Shown here one piece after another: positions 58,320-64,000 of a DNA stretch of 64,000 bases (position 1 is its first letter; each line of letters begins with the position of its first letter). The notes below the pieces were generated by a model that was not told where the DNA came from, did no database searches, and saw nothing but the letters and a program-made list of their open reading frames with translations. The stretch comes from a virus, in the IMG/VR virus record IMGVR_UViG_3300032289_001431, positions 1-64,000 of that record; one strand, 5' to 3'. The position numbers and the translations under genes are program-made.

Positions 58320-59484
58320 GTAAATCTACTTCTTTTTCTAAATTATAAATATCACTTATTGATAGTGGTTCAGTAATTTTCTCATCAATAAATTTTTTTG
58401 GATATTTTAAACTCTTTGCGAGTTTTTTTGCATCTTCAACAGACAATGCATTAAATTCATACTCAGCTTGAAGCCTACCTTTTCTTTTAAGTGCATCATC
58501 AATATCCTGTTTAGGACAGTTATAAGTCACTATAACTGATGTCTTTAATATATCACTAAGAATTCCATCGGACAGGTTTAATAATGAGGATACAGCAGAA
58601 GAATCCATACCATCACCATGTCTCTTGAGAATTGCCTTTTCGGCATCTTCGAGAATGATAACCGAGTTGGGTTTTTGGATTAATGTGTGTAAACAGTTTG
58701 GATCAGATGTAAAATTCTCAATCATCGTTGTGGGAATATAAATAAAATCCCTTTTAATTCTACTGGCTAGGTATTTGATGTATGTAGTTTTTCCAGTTCC
58801 GGGCATACCATGAAACATGAATAAACCATTTGGTTTTTCAATTAATCTATCTTGAATAGTTTTATCAACATCTAAGAACTTTTTACCATAATTCAATTCT
58901 AAATTTAAATCTTCAGGAAGATTAACTGATATTGGTTCAAATGTATATTCTCCATATTGATTCTTAATAAACAAATGAACTTTTGTTTTATGATCATCAG
59001 GAATAATAAATTGATCAAAATTAGATATATCAACTTTTTCTAAATCTGATGGGTATATTATCTGTATAGTATACGTTTTCTTCTCTGGAATTTTTTTACT
59101 TCCATCAGGATTGATACCCATTTCTCTTAAATCAAAACTTACGGGTGGAAATTCATCATCATTTGATTCACTTTTAGTTGCAATCTTTAAAAAATAATTT
59201 TTATATTTGAACCAAAAGAAACCATTTTTATAATTTTTATAATTTTTTTGAATTTGTTTTGCATCACTAGTTATAGATGAATTTAAAAATGTAGAATTTT
59301 CAAACAAAAATGATAAAACATTTTCATTAAAAGTATCATCTAAATATAAATATGAAGGGCAATATCCGTAAGTCATTGTAATGTAATTTCTTATAGGGAA
59401 ATCGTTTGTTGTCTCTATTTTAAAATGAGTTAATTCTTTGTCTAAAGATTCAACTTTGTTTTTGGTTATTGGAAACATATTCAT
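58261..59484 (-). CDS. AAA+ ATPase
   Basis: GMPGTGKT, IILEDAE, LLNLSDG, TYN and D.AL.RKGRL motifs. Confidence 0.9.
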   Translation of the reverse strand: MNMFPITKNKVESLDKELTHFKIETTNDFPIRNYITMTYGYCPSYLYLDDTFNENVLSFLFENSTFLNSSITSDAKQIQKNYKNYKNGFFWFKYKNYFLKIATKSESNDDEFPPVSFDLREMGINPDGSKKIPEKKTYTIQIIYPSDLEKVDISNFDQFIIPDDHKTKVHLFIKNQYGEYTFEPISVNLPEDLNLELNYGKKFLDVDKTIQDRLIEKPNGLFMFHGMPGTGKTTYIKYLASRIKRDFIYIPTTMIENFTSDPNCLHTLIQKPNSVIILEDAEKAILKRHGDGMDSSAVSSLLNLSDGILSDILKTSVIVTYNCPKQDIDDALKRKGRLQAEYEFNALSVEDAKKLAKSLKYPKKFIDEKITEPLSISDIYNLEKEVDLHGNKNKKGESDRIIGFGKA

Positions 59485-59571
59485 ATACCTTAATTGAAAT
59501 TATACAAAAAGCAATAAAATATTGACATTTTGCCGAAAATATTGAATGATATTTAAACTATAAGTATTACT

Positions 59572-59946
59572 ATGAAAAAGTTGGGAAAAATAAAAATTCA
59601 AAACCTTTACAACAGATGTTTAAATCTAGTTAGAAGAAAACCGCCAGAATTTTTTTTGTTTAAAAAAATGAGAGGTTTTGCAGGTTCTTGTAATTGGACT
59701 GATATAGAACTTGACCCACGCTCGGATTTTATTTCCACGGCATATCATGAATGTATTCATTATGTTGAACCAGATTGGAGCGAAACGCAAGTTTTATATG
59801 CAGAATCTCGCATGAGAAATGTTTTAAATTATTTAGATCAAGCTAAATTTTTAAAACATATTAGTATAAAATTATATGAATCTGAAAGACAAAGACATTT
59901 TTTAGAAAAACCAAAACGTAAACTTAAAAAAAAAAATAAAAAATAA
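59572..59946 (+). CDS. Small zincin-like protein (HExxH)
   Basis: G.C....I.LDP...TAYHECIH...WSE..V; TATAAGTA at 59559-59566. Confidence 0.6.
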   Translation: MKKLGKIKIQNLYNRCLNLVRRKPPEFFLFKKMRGFAGSCNWTDIELDPRSDFISTAYHECIHYVEPDWSETQVLYAESRMRNVLNYLDQAKFLKHISIKLYESERQRHFLEKPKRKLKKKNKK

Positions 59947-60002
59947 AAGTGTTGTATTAAACGTAGTTTACTGATACATTTGCAATAAGTATTGTACAAT
60001 TT

Positions 60003-60974
60003 ATGATATTCGAAGAACAAATCAGCCGTAAACCTAACAAATATCCTTGGACAGATGAATTTATTGAGGCAATGCATAATGGATTCTGGACAGACAAAGA
60101 ATTCAACTTTAAATCTGACATTCAGCAATTTAAAGTAAATCTCACCGATCAAGAGAAAGAAATTATTGTTCGCACACTTTCCGCTATCGGTCAGATTGAA
60201 ATCGCAGTCAAAACATTTTGGGCAAAATTGGGAGAAAATCTTCCACACCCATCACTTTCCGATCTTGGATACGTAATGGCAAATGTAGAAGTTATTCACA
60301 ATAATGCATACGAAAGACTTATTTCAGTTCTCGGTCTTGAAGATATTTTTGAGAAAAATCTCAAATTAGATTGGATTGAAGGTAGAGTAAAATATCTTAG
60401 AAAATATACACATAGATATTATAAAGATTCCAAGAAACAATATTTGTATGCTCTTATTTTATTTACATTATTCGTAGAAAACGTTTCTTTGTTTTCTCAG
60501 TTTTATGTAATCAATTGGTTTGCTCGTTTTAAGAATGTTCTTAAAGACACAGATCAACAAGTAAAATATACTCGTAACGAAGAGAATATTCATGCTCTTG
60601 TTGGAATTAAGCTTATCAACACAATCCGCAAAGAATATCCAGAACTTTTCGACGAAGAGTTAGAAGAAAAAATTGCAAAAGAAGCTGTTCAAGCATTTGA
60701 ATCAGAATCACAAATTGTTGATTGGATGATTAATGGTATTCAAGAAGATGGATTATCTGCTGATATTCTCAAAGAATTCATTAAGAATCGAATCAATGAT
60801 TCTCTCAAACAAATTAAATTTAAAAAAGTTTTTACTATAGATAAAGAACTAATCGGTAAAACTAAATGGTTCGAAGAAGAATTGATTGGAAATAATATGA
60901 CTGATTTTTTCCATTCTCGTCCGGTTGAGTATTCTAAGAAGGGTCAATCTTTTTCTGAAGAAGATTTATTTTGA
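60003..60974 (+). CDS. nrdB: Class I ribonucleotide reductase beta subunit
   Basis: YPW, FW...E, QIE, EVIH..AY, ENVSLFSQF, EE.IH and DFF..RP..Y motifs. Confidence 0.95.
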   Translation: MIFEEQISRKPNKYPWTDEFIEAMHNGFWTDKEFNFKSDIQQFKVNLTDQEKEIIVRTLSAIGQIEIAVKTFWAKLGENLPHPSLSDLGYVMANVEVIHNNAYERLISVLGLEDIFEKNLKLDWIEGRVKYLRKYTHRYYKDSKKQYLYALILFTLFVENVSLFSQFYVINWFARFKNVLKDTDQQVKYTRNEENIHALVGIKLINTIRKEYPELFDEELEEKIAKEAVQAFESESQIVDWMINGIQEDGLSADILKEFIKNRINDSLKQIKFKKVFTIDKELIGKTKWFEEELIGNNMTDFFHSRPVEYSKKGQSFSEEDLF

Positions 60975-61015
60975 TTGCTATTGGTCGTTAATTTGGTAAG
61001 ATAAATACGTTATTT

Positions 61016-62680
61016 ATGTATACCAACCAGCAACAATCAGATATCTATTGGCTTAACAAAGATTCCAGAAAATTTCTTCAAAGAGGTTATCTCTTAGATG
61101 ATGAAACTCCAGAACAAAGAATTAGAGATATTGCTATTGCAGCAGAAAAAATATTGAACGAAGCGGGGTTTGCTGCAAAGTTTGAAGATTATATGCATAG
61201 AGGATTTTATTCTCTCGCATCTCCCATTTGGTCAAATTTTGGTCGCAAAAGAGGTCTTCCTATTTCTTGTTTTGGTTCTCACATTCCTGACACAATGGCG
61301 GGAATTTTGGGCAAAGTTGCAGAAATAGGTATAATGACAAAAAATGGTGGTGGAACATCTGCTTACTTTGGTGATCTTAGATCAAGAGGGACAGAGATAT
61401 CTTCCGGTGGTGAATCAACTGGTTCAATTCACTTTATGGAACTCTACAACAAACTCATGAGTGTTGTTTCACAGGGTAATGTAAGACGAGGATCATTTGC
61501 CGCTTATCTTCCGATTGATCATGGTGATATTGAAGAGTTTTTAAAAATCCGTGGAGAAGGAAACGAAATTCAAGATATATCATTTGGTGTCACAGTTTCT
61601 GATGCATGGATGAAATCAATGATTGATGGTGATAAAGAAAAAAGAAAAATTTGGGGATTAGTTTTAAAGAAAAGGTTTGAATCCGGTTATCCTTATATTT
61701 TCTTTACGGATAATGTAAACAAACAAGCACCAAAAGTTTACAAAGATAAAAAATTAAAAATTAAACAATCCAATCTTTGCACAGAAATCATGCTTCCTAA
61801 TAGTGAAGATGAATCATTTGTATGTGATTTATCTTCCATGAATTTAGATAGGTGGGAAGAATGGAAAGATACTGATGCAGTAGAAACAATGATTTGGTTT
61901 TTAGATTCTGTTATGACAGAATTTATTAACAAGACCGAAGGAATGAAGTTTATGGAAGCACCAAGAAATTTTGCTATGAGACATCGTGCATTGGGTCTTG
62001 GGGTTCTTGGTTGGCATTCTCTTTTGCAATCTAAAATGATTGCATTTGAGTCTATGGAAGCAAAACTTCTCAATACAACAATTTGGAAAACCATTCGTGA
62101 AAGATCCGATAAAGCATCAGAGCAACTTGCAAAGATATATGGAGAGTCTGAGTTGTTAAAAGGTTATGGCAGAAGGAATACAACAACTCTTGCTATCGCA
62201 CCAACAACATCTTCTTCATTTATTCTTGGTCAAGTTTCGCCAAGCATTGAACCTAATAATAGTAACTATTATGTTAAAGATCTTGCCAAGGGAAAATTCT
62301 CATATAAGAATCCATATCTCAAAAAACTCTTGAAAGAAAAAGGTAAGAGTGATGATGACACTTGGATGGATATTCTTAAACACAGTGGATCCGTTCAACA
62401 TTTAGATTTTCTTACACAAGAAGAAAAGGATGTATTTAAAACGTTTGAAGAGACATCTCAAAGAGAGATTATCATTCAAGCCGCTGCTCGTCAAAAATAC
62501 ATTGATCAAGGACAGAGCTTAAACATGCTTATTCCCTCTGGTACGCCACCAAAGGATGTAAATGAACTTGTTATTTTTGCATGGGAGCAAGGTATTAAGT
62601 CTCTCTATTATCAGAGATCAACAAATCCCGCAAAAGAACTTGCTCGTTCAATTATGACTTGTAAATCTTGCGAAGCATGA
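61016..62680 (+). CDS. nrdA: Class I ribonucleotide reductase alpha subunit (no ATP cone)
   Basis: PISCF, GGG, QG..RRG, SNLCTE, LG.LG, APT.SSS, DQGQS, K.LYY and C-terminal CKSC motifs. Confidence 0.95.
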   Translation: MYTNQQQSDIYWLNKDSRKFLQRGYLLDDETPEQRIRDIAIAAEKILNEAGFAAKFEDYMHRGFYSLASPIWSNFGRKRGLPISCFGSHIPDTMAGILGKVAEIGIMTKNGGGTSAYFGDLRSRGTEISSGGESTGSIHFMELYNKLMSVVSQGNVRRGSFAAYLPIDHGDIEEFLKIRGEGNEIQDISFGVTVSDAWMKSMIDGDKEKRKIWGLVLKKRFESGYPYIFFTDNVNKQAPKVYKDKKLKIKQSNLCTEIMLPNSEDESFVCDLSSMNLDRWEEWKDTDAVETMIWFLDSVMTEFINKTEGMKFMEAPRNFAMRHRALGLGVLGWHSLLQSKMIAFESMEAKLLNTTIWKTIRERSDKASEQLAKIYGESELLKGYGRRNTTTLAIAPTTSSSFILGQVSPSIEPNNSNYYVKDLAKGKFSYKNPYLKKLLKEKGKSDDDTWMDILKHSGSVQHLDFLTQEEKDVFKTFEETSQREIIIQAAARQKYIDQGQSLNMLIPSGTPPKDVNELVIFAWEQGIKSLYYQRSTNPAKELARSIMTCKSCEA

Positions 62681-62691
62681 TATTTTATAGT

Positions 62692-63069
62692 ATGAAAAAA
62701 TTATTATTACTAACAATAGTATTACTAACAGCATGTCAAACAACTCCAACAAATCCAGAATTTTGGATGGAAAGAGAAATTAACGCATGTCTTCCAACCG
62801 CTATCACATTCCGTGAGAGCCTAAAAAAATATAATGTATGGGCTGAAGTTTTTACATATCGTTGGTACAATGCAGAGGAAAAAAAAGGTCACGGTCATGC
62901 AATGGTTGCCTATCTTTATCCAAAAGGTAAAAATCAATTGTGGACATACGATACTTTAGGTTCATATAGAACAAGAGCTTTTACAAACAATGTTTATCAA
63001 ATAGCCCAACAAGCGCATTCTGTTAGAGGTGATACTAATAAAATATTTTTAGCTGAATTTATAAAATGA
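62692..63069 (+). CDS. Lipoprotein with papain/transglutaminase-like Cys-His-Asp motif
   Basis: MKKLLLLTIVLLTA-C lipobox; NACLP, GHA and WTYD motifs. Confidence 0.65.
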   Translation: MKKLLLLTIVLLTACQTTPTNPEFWMEREINACLPTAITFRESLKKYNVWAEVFTYRWYNAEEKKGHGHAMVAYLYPKGKNQLWTYDTLGSYRTRAFTNNVYQIAQQAHSVRGDTNKIFLAEFIK

Positions 63070-63965
63070 AAATATTAATACTCGGAAAAGGATATATCGG
63101 AAATTATCTGGCAAAGGCCAATCAAAAGCACAACATTGTTCATATTAGTAAATCTGATTTAAACTATGAAGATCCTGATACCTTTGTAAAATTTTTGCAC
63201 AGAGAAACAAATTATCCAAAAGCATATTTCGATTGGATTATAAATTGTTCTGGTTATACTGGTAGACCTAATGTTGAAGCATGTGAAACCAACAAAGAAA
63301 ATTGTTATCATTATAACGTAACAGTACCTTTATATATCACTAAAGTCGCTAACCGTCTTAGAATTCCAATTATTCACATTGGATCTGGTTGCATTTATGA
63401 TGGTTATTTACAACAATATACCGAAGATGATCTTCCAAATTTCGGAGCAGATAGTAATTTTAGTTCTTTTTATTCCAAAACTAAAGATGCTTTTGAAAAG
63501 TTAAGTGAACATTTAGAAAGATATATTTTTAGAATTCGTATACCTTTTAATGGCGTTTCTGAATCTAAAAATTATCTTTGGAAATTATTAAAATATAATA
63601 ATTTAATTACTCAACAAAATTCTATTACAAACGTTGATGATCTTGTAAGTTTTGTTTACAAGTTCATTGAAAAAAATAGACCTTTGGGAATTTATAATGT
63701 TACGAATAAAGGTAGTATTGAAGCAAAAGAAGTTGTTGAAATTTTAAAGTCTTATGGATTAGAAAACCCAAAGTGGAATTTTGTTTCTATTCCTGATGCC
63801 AAATTTAAAGTTGGTAGAAGTAACTGTATATTAGATACAAGTAAAATAGAAAGCATGGGATTAGGACTTCCTGATGTTAAAGAAAGTATAGAAAAAGCGG
63901 TTAAAGAATATACTTTGGCTGAACCTATAGATTATAGATTGGGTGGTTATGAATCATTTAAATAG
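63066..63965 (+). CDS. NDP-4-keto-6-deoxyglucose 3,5-epimerase/4-reductase (RmlD/UER1-like, rhamnose synthesis)
   Basis: ILGKGYIG, GYTGRPNV.ACE, GSGCIY, SFYSKTK, RIR.P and RSNC.LD motifs. Confidence 0.85.
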   Translation: MKILILGKGYIGNYLAKANQKHNIVHISKSDLNYEDPDTFVKFLHRETNYPKAYFDWIINCSGYTGRPNVEACETNKENCYHYNVTVPLYITKVANRLRIPIIHIGSGCIYDGYLQQYTEDDLPNFGADSNFSSFYSKTKDAFEKLSEHLERYIFRIRIPFNGVSESKNYLWKLLKYNNLITQQNSITNVDDLVSFVYKFIEKNRPLGIYNVTNKGSIEAKEVVEILKSYGLENPKWNFVSIPDAKFKVGRSNCILDTSKIESMGLGLPDVKESIEKAVKEYTLAEPIDYRLGGYESFK

Positions 63966-64000
63966 AACAACCGTATTAATTTTAAATCGCAATTGGCAAG

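Noticed and set aside
1386-62094. Numerous antisense or alternate-frame ORFs (e.g. 20819..21301, 48010..48450, 57058..57489, 59838..60248)
   Set aside because: They are shadows of well-supported genes, with no motifs or promoters of their own.
1-64000. Stop-codon reassignment
   Set aside because: Core genes are full length in the standard code and coding density is high.
1-64000. tRNA, CRISPR array, group I intron or intein
   Set aside because: No cloverleaf or spaced repeats seen. gp43, gp41, gp17, nrdA and nrdB are uninterrupted and of normal length.

Overview
AT-rich 64-kb segment of a large T4-like (Tevenvirinae/Kyanoviridae-type gene set) myophage genome. It reads in the standard genetic code, and I see no tRNA, rRNA, CRISPR array, intron or intein. 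From left to right it carries: a heme oxygenase plus ferredoxin-dependent bilin reductase pair; a four-gene lysis cassette; uvsY-uvsW-gp55-gp47; a 10-gene glycosyl/methyltransferase island inserted between gp47 and gp46; gp46, another glycosyltransferase, gp43, thyX, uvsX, gp41, a DHH protein, a gp59-like gene, gp32 and gp45; a minus-strand baseplate/tail block (split gp5, hub, gp3, gp17, gp53, tape measure, gp26/51, gp19, gp18); and phoH, gp14, a Cas4-like nuclease, an AAA ATPase, nrdB, nrdA and a rhamnose-pathway reductase. The main items of interest are: (1) the early-expressed glycan-building island inside the replication module, a possible DNA hypermodification or host-glycan remodelling system; (2) a gp5 OB-fold interrupted by a circularly permuted M23 peptidase and a lysozyme-like domain; (3) a two-class promoter system placed so close to start codons that most mRNAs look leaderless; (4) a hairpin with an embedded late promoter in front of the holin; (5) an atypical spanin pair; (6) a promoter plus AT-rich tract that is a candidate origin; (7) a shared N-terminal leader on several late proteins. 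All calls come from motif recognition by eye; no searches were run.
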